Below, piece after piece: positions 18,079-29,600 of a DNA stretch of 64,000 bases. Under the pieces are notes generated by a model. It worked only from the letters and a program-made list of their open reading frames with translations. It made no database searches and had not been told where the DNA came from. Positions within the stretch are counted from its first letter, which is position 1; each line of letters opens with the position of its first letter. A program made the position numbers and the translations under genes. Origin of the DNA: an uncultured bacterium (GTDB taxonomy: Bacteria; Nitrospirota; Thermodesulfovibrionia; Thermodesulfovibrionales; CALJEL01); NCBI GenBank assembly GCA_938074335.1, contig CALJEL010000023.1, positions 1,554 to 65,553 on the forward strand, given 5' to 3'.

Positions 18079-18852
18079 ATGGATATAAAAAGAATAGGGG
18101 TTATCCCTATTTTTCTTCTCTCAATTTTAACATTAACCTTTGCTCAGGGCCCTGGCAATTTAACAGCACCTGGTAATAAACATAACCTTTCGTCAACTCA
18201 GACAGGTACCACAATACGGGCTATAAGTGAAACCCAGATATGCGTTTTTTGTCATACACCTCACAGGGCAACGGTGGCACCTCTCTGGAACAGGAGTCTT
18301 TCAACAGCAACTTACACAATGCCAACAAGGACAACCACACAACTTACTACCCCGCTTAATCCACCAGATGGAGATTCAAGGTTGTGTTTGAGCTGTCATG
18401 ATGGCACAATTCCAGTAGGACAGGTCCAGAACCTCTGGGGCCAGCAGGCAAACATAGCAATGAGTGGAAGTTTGTGCCCAGGACCCAACTGCTTTGGTAC
18501 TGATCTCAGTGGTCACCATCTCATATCTATTGAATATAATACCCAGCTTGCTATTGACAAGGCAGCTCAGTGCCCAGGTGTTAGCTACAGGTTAAGAAAT
18601 CCATTACCTCTTCCTCCTCTTTTACAGAAAACAGAAAGTGTCTATCCCTGTGATTATAACGCAAACCCAAATGGTTGCAGGGATCCAAATAATCCTCATT
18701 ATGGCGTTCAGTGCACATCCTGTCATGACCCCCATTATGATCCGACACCAGGTGTAACAAAGTTCTTAAGATACTCATCTGGTCAACAGGGCAACTGGCC
18801 ATGGAATAATTACGATACCCTCTGTCTGCAATGTCATGAGGCATGCCCGTAG
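18079..18852 (+). CDS. Secreted tetrahaem c-type cytochrome (paralogue 3 of 4)
   Basis: It has a signal peptide and four CXXCH motifs (CVFCH, CLSCH, CTSCH, CLQCH), plus the KHNLS and APLWNR motifs. It starts 1 nt after the NHL gene stop. Confidence 0.88.
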   Translation: MDIKRIGVIPIFLLSILTLTFAQGPGNLTAPGNKHNLSSTQTGTTIRAISETQICVFCHTPHRATVAPLWNRSLSTATYTMPTRTTTQLTTPLNPPDGDSRLCLSCHDGTIPVGQVQNLWGQQANIAMSGSLCPGPNCFGTDLSGHHLISIEYNTQLAIDKAAQCPGVSYRLRNPLPLPPLLQKTESVYPCDYNANPNGCRDPNNPHYGVQCTSCHDPHYDPTPGVTKFLRYSSGQQGNWPWNNYDTLCLQCHEACP

Positions 18853-18867
18853 GAGGTCAATAAGGTA

Positions 18868-19926
18868 ATGGCAGATATAAGGTTTAACATGAGAAAAGTT
18901 ATACTGGTTATCTTTTTTTTAGGATTGGCAACTGCGCTTTTTGCAGTAGAACCATCTCATCTTGATAAAATGAAGAACCCAGCAGGCTGTTCTGTATGCC
19001 ACACAGGTCATGGTATAAAGGGGAGTCCTACTTTGAGGTTTGATAAAAAGGAAATCTGTTTTGCCTGTCACAGCTCAAAAGGTAATCTTCCACCACAATT
19101 CAGGGCAAAGACTGACATGCTTTCGGTCTTTCAGAAAAGATACAGGCATCCTGTGATGGAAACCTCTCAGTATCACAATTCCTTTGAAGAACTGCCGGAG
19201 AAGGACATCTCAATACCAAGACATGTTGCCTGTCAGGACTGCCACAGGGTTCATGAATCCACTCCTCAGAAACCCTTGAGGAGGGTAAAAGGATATTCTG
19301 CCACGAAGGTCAGGAAGAAAGAGGCTGATGAAGAATATGAGGTCTGTTATCTTTGTCATGCAGACAGTGTGAATCGCCCACCACAGAGAAAGGATATCGC
19401 AGACCTCATGGATAGTCTGAATCCTTCTTATCATCCTGTTGAGGCAAGAGGGAAAAATGGAAGGGTCCCGAGTCTTATACCACCCTTGAATTCAAATAGC
19501 AAGATCCTCTGCACAGACTGTCATGGAAATAATGATCCCTTTGGTCCAAAAGGACCCCATGGTTCAGATTTTGAATATATCCTCAAGGCAAGGTATGAGA
19601 TGCGGGAAGGTCCTGAGTCCTATGATTCCTATGAATTGTGTTATAGCTGTCATGAGAGGCAGTCAATTATTGGAAATCAGAGTTTTCAAAAACATAAAGA
19701 GCATATAGTTTATCAACATATACCCTGCTCTGCCTGTCATGACAGTCATGGCTCAAAGATTAATCAACATCTTATTGATTTTAATCACCTATTTGTACTA
19801 CCCTTCCCATCACCTTCATATATTCCTTCTCCTCAAGGAAGACCGATCTGTTATCTCAGGTGCCATGTAGCGGGCAGGGATGTGGAGCATAATACACAAT
19901 TTTATAATGAAAGGAGATGGCCATGA
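18868..19926 (+). CDS. Secreted multihaem c-type cytochrome (7 CXXCH plus one C-x3-CH)
   Basis: It has a signal/anchor helix. CXXCH motifs are CSVCH, CFACH, CQDCH, CYLCH, CTDCH, CYSCH and CSACH, and CYLRCH lies near the C-terminus. Confidence 0.88.
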   Translation: MADIRFNMRKVILVIFFLGLATALFAVEPSHLDKMKNPAGCSVCHTGHGIKGSPTLRFDKKEICFACHSSKGNLPPQFRAKTDMLSVFQKRYRHPVMETSQYHNSFEELPEKDISIPRHVACQDCHRVHESTPQKPLRRVKGYSATKVRKKEADEEYEVCYLCHADSVNRPPQRKDIADLMDSLNPSYHPVEARGKNGRVPSLIPPLNSNSKILCTDCHGNNDPFGPKGPHGSDFEYILKARYEMREGPESYDSYELCYSCHERQSIIGNQSFQKHKEHIVYQHIPCSACHDSHGSKINQHLIDFNHLFVLPFPSPSYIPSPQGRPICYLRCHVAGRDVEHNTQFYNERRWP

Positions 19927-19935
19927 AATGGATTA

Positions 19936-19951
19936 TGGCACGGAAATTGCT
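19936..19951 (+). promoter_or_regulatory. Sigma54-type -24/-12 promoter TGGCACGGAAATTGCT
   Basis: It is a near-perfect match to TGGCAC-N5-TTGCW. It lies 10 nt after the upstream stop and about 57 nt before the ATG at 20008. Confidence 0.65.
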
Positions 19952-20007
19952 TTTTTATAAACAGGATCATTATATAAAGGCCAGGAGGATTTTTACAGGA
20001 GGCTGAA

Positions 20008-20790
20008 ATGCTTTTAAAAACAAGGCTTTTTGTATTATGCCTTATTACAGGGTGTGCGTTATTTCTCACACTATATGTGCAAAAATCCACAGCAGGGGTT
20101 GCAGGTGGAAAGCATGACCTTTCTATTTTTGGTGGGTCTAATTTTGGAGGTGGCACAGAGGAGATTTGTGTATTCTGCCATACACCTCACAGGGCAAATA
20201 CTACTCAGAGATACACTACAAATCCAAATAATCAGGTTTCAGGAGCCAATATACAGGGACAATTCCTCTGGAACAGACCTTTATCTGCTAATACCTTTCT
20301 ACCTTATACAAGTGACACTTATACCTTTAAGGGTAATGAGCCCCAGCCTGGGTTGAACTCCCTCCTTTGCCTCAGCTGCCATGATGGAATAGGTGCAACG
20401 AATGTCCTTCTGAACATCCCAGGAGATTGGGACCCAAGCTGGTTTTCTACTAATACCAATCAATTTGGTGATTTCAGTATCAATGATCCAAATATAGGAC
20501 CACTTAATATAGGTGAGGCCACTTGTACAGGTGATAACTGCACTGGTGGAGTAGACTTAAGGAATGACCACCCTATTGGCTTTGATTATGATACTGCCCA
20601 GAGTAGTGACACTGGTATCAAACCTCGTACTTCCTTGCCCTTGATTCTTCAACAACGGCTTGCAATTTCAAGCAACAAAGTGGAATGCTCTACCTGCCAT
20701 GATCCTCATCTAACCAATTCAGGGGGAAATATGTTTCTTGTAAGACCCATGACTGGTAGCCAGCTCTGCCTTGATTGTCATAACAAATGA
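20008..20790 (+). CDS. Secreted tetrahaem c-type cytochrome (paralogue 4 of 4)
   Basis: AGGAGG lies 5 nt upstream. It has a signal peptide and four CXXCH motifs (CVFCH, CLSCH, CSTCH, CLDCH), plus KHDLS, FLWNR and DHPIG. Confidence 0.88.
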   Translation: MLLKTRLFVLCLITGCALFLTLYVQKSTAGVAGGKHDLSIFGGSNFGGGTEEICVFCHTPHRANTTQRYTTNPNNQVSGANIQGQFLWNRPLSANTFLPYTSDTYTFKGNEPQPGLNSLLCLSCHDGIGATNVLLNIPGDWDPSWFSTNTNQFGDFSINDPNIGPLNIGEATCTGDNCTGGVDLRNDHPIGFDYDTAQSSDTGIKPRTSLPLILQQRLAISSNKVECSTCHDPHLTNSGGNMFLVRPMTGSQLCLDCHNK

Positions 20791-20802
20791 GTGATTTTAC
20801 AC
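20791..20802. promoter_or_regulatory. GTGATTTTACAC, a palindrome-like 12-mer 86 bp upstream of the sigma54 -24 element
   Basis: It has the same GTGWA-N2-TWCAC architecture as 6123 and 6147. Its reverse complement GTGTAAAATCAC differs at one base from the 12-mer at 55234-55245. Confidence 0.3.
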
Positions 20803-20887
20803 ATCGCATGACAAAATATGTCAGTTTATTAAGGGTAAAATAGTTAAAATAATATTTAATTTCAATAAGTTATGAGGTATATTTTGG

Positions 20888-20903
20888 TGGCAAGGATTTT
20901 GCT
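20888..20903 (+). promoter_or_regulatory. Sigma54-type -24/-12 promoter TGGCAAGGATTTTGCT
   Basis: GG-N10-GC spacing. It lies 37 nt before the ATG at 20940, which has a GGAGGAG Shine-Dalgarno. Confidence 0.6.
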
Positions 20904-20939
20904 ATGTAATTTTTAGAATAGACCTTAAATGGAGGAGTT

Positions 20940-23615
20940 ATGAGTAAGACAAAATGGATATGCGCTATTATTACATTGGTATATATCTTTGCTCTTTCCA
21001 GTGCCCATGCAGCAGTAGCACCTGAGATTACCCGATTGCTTACACTTCAGACCTCTCTGTTTTCAACAGAGATTACCGCAGACAATAATGGCAATATCTA
21101 TATAGCTGATGTTACGCAGGGGGTCATAAGGATTTATAACTTTAAAGGTGCCCTTTTAAAGACCTTTAAACTTGATTTTAAGCCCACCTGTCTTTCTGTC
21201 TCTCCTTCTGGTTATCTTTATATAGGAGGCAAAGGCAGGATAGATATCTACTCAGGCTCTATCTTTGTAAACTCCTATAAAGGTATTGTGGAAAGGCCAC
21301 TTTCTATAGCCTTTTTGAATGGAAAGACCTATATAGCGGATGGCTACTGGGTAAAGGTCTTTGATTCATCCATGAATAAGATATCAGAATTCGGTGGTTA
21401 TGCTGGCAGCGATAATATCCAGAGGAATGGAAGATTCACAGACCTGAAGGAGATAGCTGTTGATTATGCGAATTCTCTATTATTTGTCCTTGACAGGGGT
21501 GCCATAGCCAACGAAGGTAATTATGGTTCAACCTATGTGTGGAGGGTTCAGGTATTTGATGAGAATGGAAATTTTGTCAGAAGCTTTTCAAATTATGGTT
21601 TTGGTGTGGAGGGGAAGGTTGGCTCTGCCTCTTCAATTGCTGTTGATAAGGAGGCACGGGTATATGTGGCAGATAACCAGCAGAATATAATAGTTGTTTA
21701 TGATTCCTATGGAACTTATCTTAAGACCATCTATGATAATCAAAATCCCATATATAATCCCACCGGGCTTTACTACCATAGCGACAGATTGTATGCAGCA
21801 TCAGGCCTGGCAAAGGCGGCTTATGTCTTTGGAATAGACCTTTATGGTCTCCTGAGGGTAGAGCCCCTTGGCCTTGAGTTTAGCTCTCAGGGAGGCAATA
21901 CTGTCTCAGGAACATTAAACATCTTCAATGATGGAAAGGGAGACCTTAATTTTATAGCCTCAGCCTCAGAACCATGGATCAGCCTTTCATCCTCTGCAGG
22001 TGTGGTGGCAACAGGTTCATCTGTGCTTATAAACGTAATGATAAATTCTTCTGGTCTTTCCACTGGCACCTACAGTGGTACAATAGAGATAACCTCTAAT
22101 GGTGGCTCCGAGACCATTCCTGTAACACTTCATGTGCTGGCACCACCAGTACTTACAGTCTCACCATCAAGTTTTGACCTTATAAAGAAGAAGGGTTCAC
22201 CTTCTGACCCATTGATAGTGAATATAACCCTTTCCAATGACCTCTCAGGTTCTATGGCATGGACAGCAAGTTCTGATTCTTCATGGTTAAAAATAATCCC
22301 TTCTACAGGGCCATCTAACAGTACTGTATCTGCTAATATAATTGTTGATACAAATATTGACCCTGGTAAATACACAGGCATCATAACAGTCTCTGCACAG
22401 GGAGCAGAGGGTAGTCCTGCAACCATAACAGTAAACCTTGAGATAAGGACAAGCCGAAAGATCGCTGTAAATGCCAATATAGAGACAGCTGCCTTTACAA
22501 TATCTGGACCTGCATCCTATGAGGGTTCAGGCTTAAGTTATGTAATAGAAGATGTGCCCTCAGGCACTTATACTGTACATTTTAAGCCTGTAAAAGGTTA
22601 TAAGACACCTTCTCCACAGAGTGGAACACTTTTAGATGAAGGCGAGCTTTTATTTAGTGGTGAATACCAGCCACTGGGCGATAGGCTTCATATCATAGCA
22701 AGCCATGGACCTGGCAATAAGGATAATATGGAGATAAGGATATTCAATGGAGATGGTCAACTCCTTAAGACCATAGCACCTGTTAAACCATACAGGTATG
22801 GGGCGACAACAGCAACAGGTGATATAAACGGAGACGGTATAAATGAGCTCATTATTGGTACCGGTCCAGGGGCAAAGGTCCCACCTCTTGTTACTGTAAT
22901 TGATATTGATGGAAAAGTAATTGGAGAATTCAGGCCTTTCAGCGGGCTTGGTTATGGGGTTGAGGTAGCAGCAGCAGATCTGGATGGCGATGGTTCAGCA
23001 GAGATAATCACTGCAAAGACAAGTAAATTTGCAGGAACACCCCTTGTGGACCTCAAGGTCTTTAAATTCATGGATGGTCGGTTCATTAATAAGGGCGTAA
23101 GACTCGAACACAAAGGTGCAAATGGTATAAGGATAACAGCTGCTGACCTTAATAATGATGGTATTCCCGAGGTCCTTGTTATTCCGGCAAGTGGAGAGGC
23201 TCCTGTATACATATACCAGATAGATACATCTCAGCAAGAATGGACAGCCTCTTTAATACTCCAGTACACTGGTTGTGATAACTCAGGTGGTTCAAATCTC
23301 ACAGCAGGCGATATAGATGCAGATGGCATACCTGAGATAATTCTTTCCTGCCATTATGATTCAGGAACCCTGGTAAGAATCATTAATGCCTCAGGTAATC
23401 CTATAAAAGAATTTTCCACAGGCTCTTCACTTAAGGATTTCATAGCAGCAGGTGATCTTGACAATGATGGAATAGCAGAGATAATCCTTGGAGATGGGCC
23501 TGCAGCTCATAAAAGGACTGTAAAGATATTCAACCCTGAAGGCGGGCTGCTGAGAAGCTTTAATGCCTTTGAAGATTCCTTTGGCATAAGGATATCAACA
23601 GGTAGGTTTGAATAA
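20940..23615 (+). CDS. Secreted 891-aa multidomain protein: NHL-like propeller, two Ig-like domains, then FG-GAP/VCBS-type repeats
   Basis: Signal peptide ends ..SSAHA. The N-terminal region has NHL-like blades (IYIADVTQGVIRIY, VYVADNQQNIIVVYD). Two Ig/BACON-like segments span about 21850-22460. Five or six repeats of the form D-x-[ND]-x-DG-x-x-E-[IL]-[IL] (DINGDGINELII, DLDGDGSAEIIT, DLNNDGIPEVLV, DIDADGIPEIIL, DLDNDGIAEIIL) span about 22800-23560. Confidence 0.75.
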   Translation: MSKTKWICAIITLVYIFALSSAHAAVAPEITRLLTLQTSLFSTEITADNNGNIYIADVTQGVIRIYNFKGALLKTFKLDFKPTCLSVSPSGYLYIGGKGRIDIYSGSIFVNSYKGIVERPLSIAFLNGKTYIADGYWVKVFDSSMNKISEFGGYAGSDNIQRNGRFTDLKEIAVDYANSLLFVLDRGAIANEGNYGSTYVWRVQVFDENGNFVRSFSNYGFGVEGKVGSASSIAVDKEARVYVADNQQNIIVVYDSYGTYLKTIYDNQNPIYNPTGLYYHSDRLYAASGLAKAAYVFGIDLYGLLRVEPLGLEFSSQGGNTVSGTLNIFNDGKGDLNFIASASEPWISLSSSAGVVATGSSVLINVMINSSGLSTGTYSGTIEITSNGGSETIPVTLHVLAPPVLTVSPSSFDLIKKKGSPSDPLIVNITLSNDLSGSMAWTASSDSSWLKIIPSTGPSNSTVSANIIVDTNIDPGKYTGIITVSAQGAEGSPATITVNLEIRTSRKIAVNANIETAAFTISGPASYEGSGLSYVIEDVPSGTYTVHFKPVKGYKTPSPQSGTLLDEGELLFSGEYQPLGDRLHIIASHGPGNKDNMEIRIFNGDGQLLKTIAPVKPYRYGATTATGDINGDGINELIIGTGPGAKVPPLVTVIDIDGKVIGEFRPFSGLGYGVEVAAADLDGDGSAEIITAKTSKFAGTPLVDLKVFKFMDGRFINKGVRLEHKGANGIRITAADLNNDGIPEVLVIPASGEAPVYIYQIDTSQQEWTASLILQYTGCDNSGGSNLTAGDIDADGIPEIILSCHYDSGTLVRIINASGNPIKEFSTGSSLKDFIAAGDLDNDGIAEIILGDGPAAHKRTVKIFNPEGGLLRSFNAFEDSFGIRISTGRFE

Positions 23616-23623
23616 AGGGGGTT

Positions 23624-26600
23624 ATGGGTATGATAAGAATAATTAAATTAATACTTCTTACAGGACTTATCCTTATCCCTGTGGTTGGCTATGGCAGACT
23701 TGACCAGCCACACCATCCGCAGGGCACAAGTTCTGTAAACTGTGGTAACTGTCACTGGACAGCTGGTGGCACACCACCTTGGTCTGGCCAGACAAAGCCC
23801 ACTGGCTGGTCTGATGCAGACTGGACCATCAATAATCAGAGGTGTTGGGTATGCCATAATACAAATTCAAGCAAACCTGCCAGCATTCATTCTGCCTCAA
23901 CCACCTCTACCCAGTACTGGTCAGGTCAGTGGACTACAGAATGTGTATCCTGTCATAACCCCCATAATCAGAGACAATGGGTAGCTTGGAGGACAGACCC
24001 TGATTTATATCTTGCCACAGGTGCCTTTACTGTTACAGGAGTAGGTACTTATGATTCAGTAAACAATCGCACACCCATAACACTTTCATCACCCCTTACT
24101 GATGAGTATCAGGACAGATACTTTATGCCTGACAAAAATTATCCCTTTTTCTACAAGATCATCTCCTCTACCTTGAATCAGAATATCTTCTATGTGCGCG
24201 GTAAGGTCAATACTACCTATGTAAGAGGTAATGGATTTGCAATAATCTACGGTATGAGCATCAAAGACTACATCAGCTATACAAACCCTGGTGGGCAAAA
24301 GATCACTGCCTCTATTAAGCTCTTCAGACCCGGGCTAAATGTGCAGGGTGGATTTATTGATTCAAATAATTATTCAACAAGCCTCTGTCAGGCATGCCAT
24401 ACTCAGACAGCCAACTTTACCCAGTCTAACCCAAATCATGGAACAACTATTACCGAGGGTCAGTCCTGCCTTAATCCTGCCTCTGGTTGCCATGCTGAGC
24501 ATCCTCAGGGATTCCAGATAGCAGGTGCAAAGTGTGGTGTATGCCATGGTGTTCCACCGAGTTATTATAATTCTCCAGCAGACCATAACCTTGTAAAGAA
24601 GATAAAGATAGACGGTACAGAATACGACACCAATACAGGTGTCACTACCCCTGGTGCCCATGTAAAGCACAGCCAGACAAGTGCCATGACCTATTCAAGG
24701 CGCCAGGTTGGCTGTATGGAATGTCATAATGCAGGCATGCAGCCAGCAGAATCAGACCCTACCATTGGTGACTACAAGATTCAGATTGGTATAAATGCAA
24801 CCACTGTTGGATATACTGGCGGTAATTATGATGGAAGGACCTCCCTTGCAAATGGCTTTACCTATCAGGCAGTATCTCCCACGACCGTCACGACAAATAA
24901 TACACTTGTATGTTCAAATATCTACTGCCATGGCTCAACCATTGGTGGAACAGTTAATCCATCCTGGACAGGTACTGTTTCCTGTGGAGACTGCCATAAG
25001 GCAACTGCAGCAGCTCCACCGACCCTTGGCAGCCATGTAAAGCATGCTGGTAATACCTCAACCATGCAGTCTGCTATTACATGCTCAACATGCCATGGCC
25101 ATAGTGGAACAGCCTCAGCTGTCCATGTAGATGGCTCTGCACAATGGAATCTCAATACAGGTGATCCAAGGATAGGCTCACAGGCAACCTATCGTGGCTT
25201 AAACTCTGGCTCAGTAAATCCTGTGCCTTCAAGCACCTATGGTCAGTGTTCAAATCTTTACTGTCACAGTAATGCCAGCCCCCTTGGCGGGACTGCCAGC
25301 TATAAGACAGTCACATGGGGCGGTGCTGCTATGGCATGTAACTCCTGTCACAGTGGTGCTGGTGATGCCTCACCAACATGGTCAGTGTCTCATACAAAGC
25401 ATGTAAACACATACACGCAGTATAACTGTAATCACTGCCATAGCACCGTTGCATCAAATAATACAACCATCTCTGATAAAACCCTGCATGTAAATGCTAC
25501 CAAGGAAATTTCCTTTAATTCCTTTAATCCATCAGCATTACCCTATGATAGTGCGAATCACCAGTGCTCAAATCTCTACTGTCACAGCAATGCAAGTCCC
25601 CTTGGAGGAACAAATGTCTATGTAACAGCCACATGGAATACAAGCCTTGACTGCGGTGGTTGCCATAAAAAGGCAGATACCACAGCAAATATGACAGCAG
25701 GTGGCACCATAGGTCTCATGAGCTCTGCGCATGTAATACATGTGGCATTAGACCAGTATGGAGACCCTTCAAGGTCAGCAAAGCAGATTACATGCCAGAG
25801 CTGCCACAATACAGTTGCCTCTGGCAATAGCACAATAATCAATTATGCCAATCATGTAAATGCTATAAAGAATGTAGGCTTTGATACCTCCTGGATTGGA
25901 GGTAGCCCATCCTATTCAGGTTCACCCAATTATCAATGCTCAAGTGTTTACTGTCACAGTGATGGTCAACCCCTTGGCCAGGGCTCTCCTGTCTATAAGA
26001 CAGTTGCCTGGAATGCCGGTGCACTAACATGTAATGACTGTCATGCATCAAATCCAAATACAAATGCCCATTTAAAACATACAAATGCATCAACATACAA
26101 CATGGGTTGTGTAGAATGCCATCAGTCTGTTGTTTCAAACAATACAACCATATCAAGCAAGGTCCTTCATGTGAATAAGATTAAGGATGTTGCCTGGAAG
26201 ACAGGTGGTTATAATGCTGATGGTGGTCCCTATTCATCACCTAATTGTTCAAACATATACTGTCATAGTCAGGGTACTGAGAACAGTGCTCCCTATAGTT
26301 CACCCAATGTAACAGCAGCATGGAATACAACCCTTACCTGTAAGGGCTGCCATGACTTTAATGCAGCAGCCACACCAGACATAATGTCAACAGGTGCCCA
26401 TGCAAAGCATGTAAATAATGCCTCTGTAATGGGTGTAAACTTTACATGCAGTGAATGCCATAACCAGACAGTCTCATCTGGTGATAGCCCTGTAACAAAT
26501 TTTGCATTACATGTAAACAAACAGGTCAATATAGCCTTTAATACAACTCTTAATCCAGGTGCCTCCTATGCCGGCTCTCCAGCACCAATGCAAAAGGCAC

Positions 26601-29600
26601 CAGGCTCAGCCTATGGGCAGTGCACAAATCTTTACTGCCACTCAAGTGGTAATATTGCAAGGTCTGCAACACCTACATATAAAACTCCCTCATGGAGCGA
26701 TACCTTTACAGACCATTGTGACCAGTGTCATGGAGATGGTGCAGGAAGGAGCCATCCAGTCTATGCCTCTGGCACACCTGGTTCTAATACTGCAAACAGC
26801 CATATCCAGCATGTGGAGAATGCCAGTATAGGCTGTGAGGTATGCCATTATACAACCACCACTGATGGGATAAACATAGTCTCAGGTGGAGGTCAGCATC
26901 TTAATAAACAGGAGGATGTAAGCTTTACTGCTACAATTGGTGGTACATACAATGCAGATACCTCCTGCTCTTCCACATACTGTCATGGAACCTCCTCACC
27001 CCAGTGGGGTGCCACAGGTGTCCTTAACTGTGGTAGCTGTCACCAGAGCATGGGTGCAGGTGGAACAGCCTCATATAATGGTGCTCATCTCAAGCACTCG
27101 GGCATTGCCTCAGGTGAGTATAACTTCTCCTGTGAGCAGTGCCACAGCGCAAATGGAACTGTACATGCTGGTGGCCCTGTTAATGCATCAAAGCAGGCAG
27201 CAGAAATAGTATTTACAAATGGCACAGGCACAGGTGCCTATCGTGGTTCTCAACAGACAAATTATAAATACTATACCATGTACACAAACCCTTACACAGG
27301 CACAGGTGTAACACCTTCAGCCTATGTATCTGGAACCACTGTCCAGTCAGACTCAGTAAACCCAGCCCTCAAGTGGACATCTGAGGGAACATGTAACAAT
27401 ATCTGGTGTCACAGTAATGCAGCACCTTATGGTGGGACAAACACCTATGTATCAGTTCAGTGGGGTGCTACTGTTAACTGTGGCTCCTGCCATGCAGCAA
27501 TTGGTAATTCTGCTCCCCATCCAAAACATGTGACCACCTATCCCTATACCTGTAATCATTGCCACAGTGCTACTGCCTCAGACAATACAACTATATCCAG
27601 TAAGGCAGAGCATGTGGATGGTCAGAAGGATATAGTATTTAATACCTGGGTAGGTCCATCTCCCACATGGAATGCTGGTGCTCACCAGTGCTCAAATACC
27701 TACTGCCACAGTGCAGGAACAAGCTTTACATCTCCAACCCATGCAGGTCTCCTCTGGTCCGGGACAATGAGCTGTACTTCCTGTCACGGAAACCCTCCTT
27801 CTTACGCAAGCGGTTCACCAAAGGCAAACAGCCATGTTGAGCATGTAAACAATAATGGTGCCTCATGCTATAACTGTCATGCTGCTACAGTTAACAGTGG
27901 CGGTGCAATATCCAATTATGCAAACCATGTAAATAAAGCCTATGAAGTCGTTGGAGGAGGCACCTTTGCCGGTAACCCTGTTAGCTTTTCCTATACCTAT
28001 GGCAATCCATCCACATGTTCAAATATATCCTGTCATGGTGGGACAGGTGCTACATGGGGTGCCGCAACACCTTGCCAGGACTGCCATATGCTTAACCAGT
28101 CTGATGTAGATGACTTTACATGGCTTAATGGTACAAAGGCAGTAATATCCCAGACAGAGTGGTTAAGCACAGGTCATGGAAGGACCACAGGTACATATCC
28201 TGTCTCTGGAAATACAGCAGCCAATTTTGAGGCTGCCTCACCTCAGCAGTGCTTCTACTGCCATGACAATGCAGTTCTTCATGGCACATCAAATTACTTC
28301 AGACTAAGGAACATAAATGACCCTCAGTGGGGTATGAATGGAGTATGTAAGGACTGCCATGCCACTGGTTCAACCGGTATTACTGTAAATGGTGTCCTAA
28401 GGAATTCCACAAAGAAGATTGACTCAAGGCATTATGGTACGAAGCATTCCACTTCAAACAATGGTGGTCAGTTCTGCTGGGATTGCCATGACCCTCATGG
28501 AGACAGCAATATCTATATGATTCATGCCTCTGTGGCAAAGACCTCAAGCTCAACTGACGGAAAACCAACCACAACAGCTGTTACTGTATTTACAAATAAT
28601 AACACTGGCACAGACTATGCAAAGAGCACAGCACCTTATAATGGAATATGTAATGTCTGCCATACCTCAACGAATCATTATACCTCAAGCTCAGGTGATG
28701 GTCATAATTCAGGCACAAGGTGTACCTCCTGCCATCCTCATACAGGGCCTGACTATAACTCTGCCTTCAGCCCAAGTGGTGGAGAATCTGCAGGTGGTTT
28801 AGCCTGTAGAGATTGTCACATTGACCTCTATAACAGGATGCACGACAGCACACTCTCCGGCGGTAAGCTCATGGTTTACAAGCACTATATGAACAATGAC
28901 AGTGCCACTTCTTATCCAACATCCGCAACCCCTGGTGGCTCCGCTGATACAAACAGGAAATGCCTCATGTGCCATGTTGACCATGACATATTCAGGCCAG
29001 ATCTGAATCCAAATGCCACAAGGTCAAAGAACCTGAGGACCAGCATATCTATAACACCTACCACTTCATCAGGATTCTCAGAATCAGACTTTGATGCCAC
29101 AACTGGTGGAATATGTCTGAGCTGTCATGTGAATCAACAGACAAAGGCATTCACTACACCAAATAATGTCTCAACAGTTCCACCTGTGCCATATTCAGGC
29201 CTTACCCTTGCACAGGCTACTCAGGTGGTAAAGAACTCCACACATAACTATGCCGTCACAAGTGGTGCCTTCGGTGATACATCTACATTCAAGGCAGTAT
29301 GTCTTAAGTGCCACAATGATACCATGAACCCGAAGAGCTCAATGAATGGCCAGAAGGCAGAGCCTAAATTCGGGCTCCATCAGTCTGGAAGGAACTCCTT
29401 CTTTGCAGTAATGGGTTCTGGTAATTTCAAGGACTTTGTAAGTGGTCAGATAACAGCGGTTTCAGGTACAACCATTACAGTGAATCAGGACCTTACAAAG
29501 GACTATAAAGGTTTTGCCCTTGTTGTTACAAAGGCAAATGGCACACAGGCACAGAGGGCAATCATTACAGCCACAGATACAAGCCTTGAGCAGGTAACTG

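Noticed and set aside
20809-20823. TGACA-N5-TGTCA inverted repeat after the tetrahaem gene 20008..20790
   Set aside because: It could be a weak terminator (5-bp stem followed by GTTTATT) or an operator. The stem is too short to decide, so it is not annotated.
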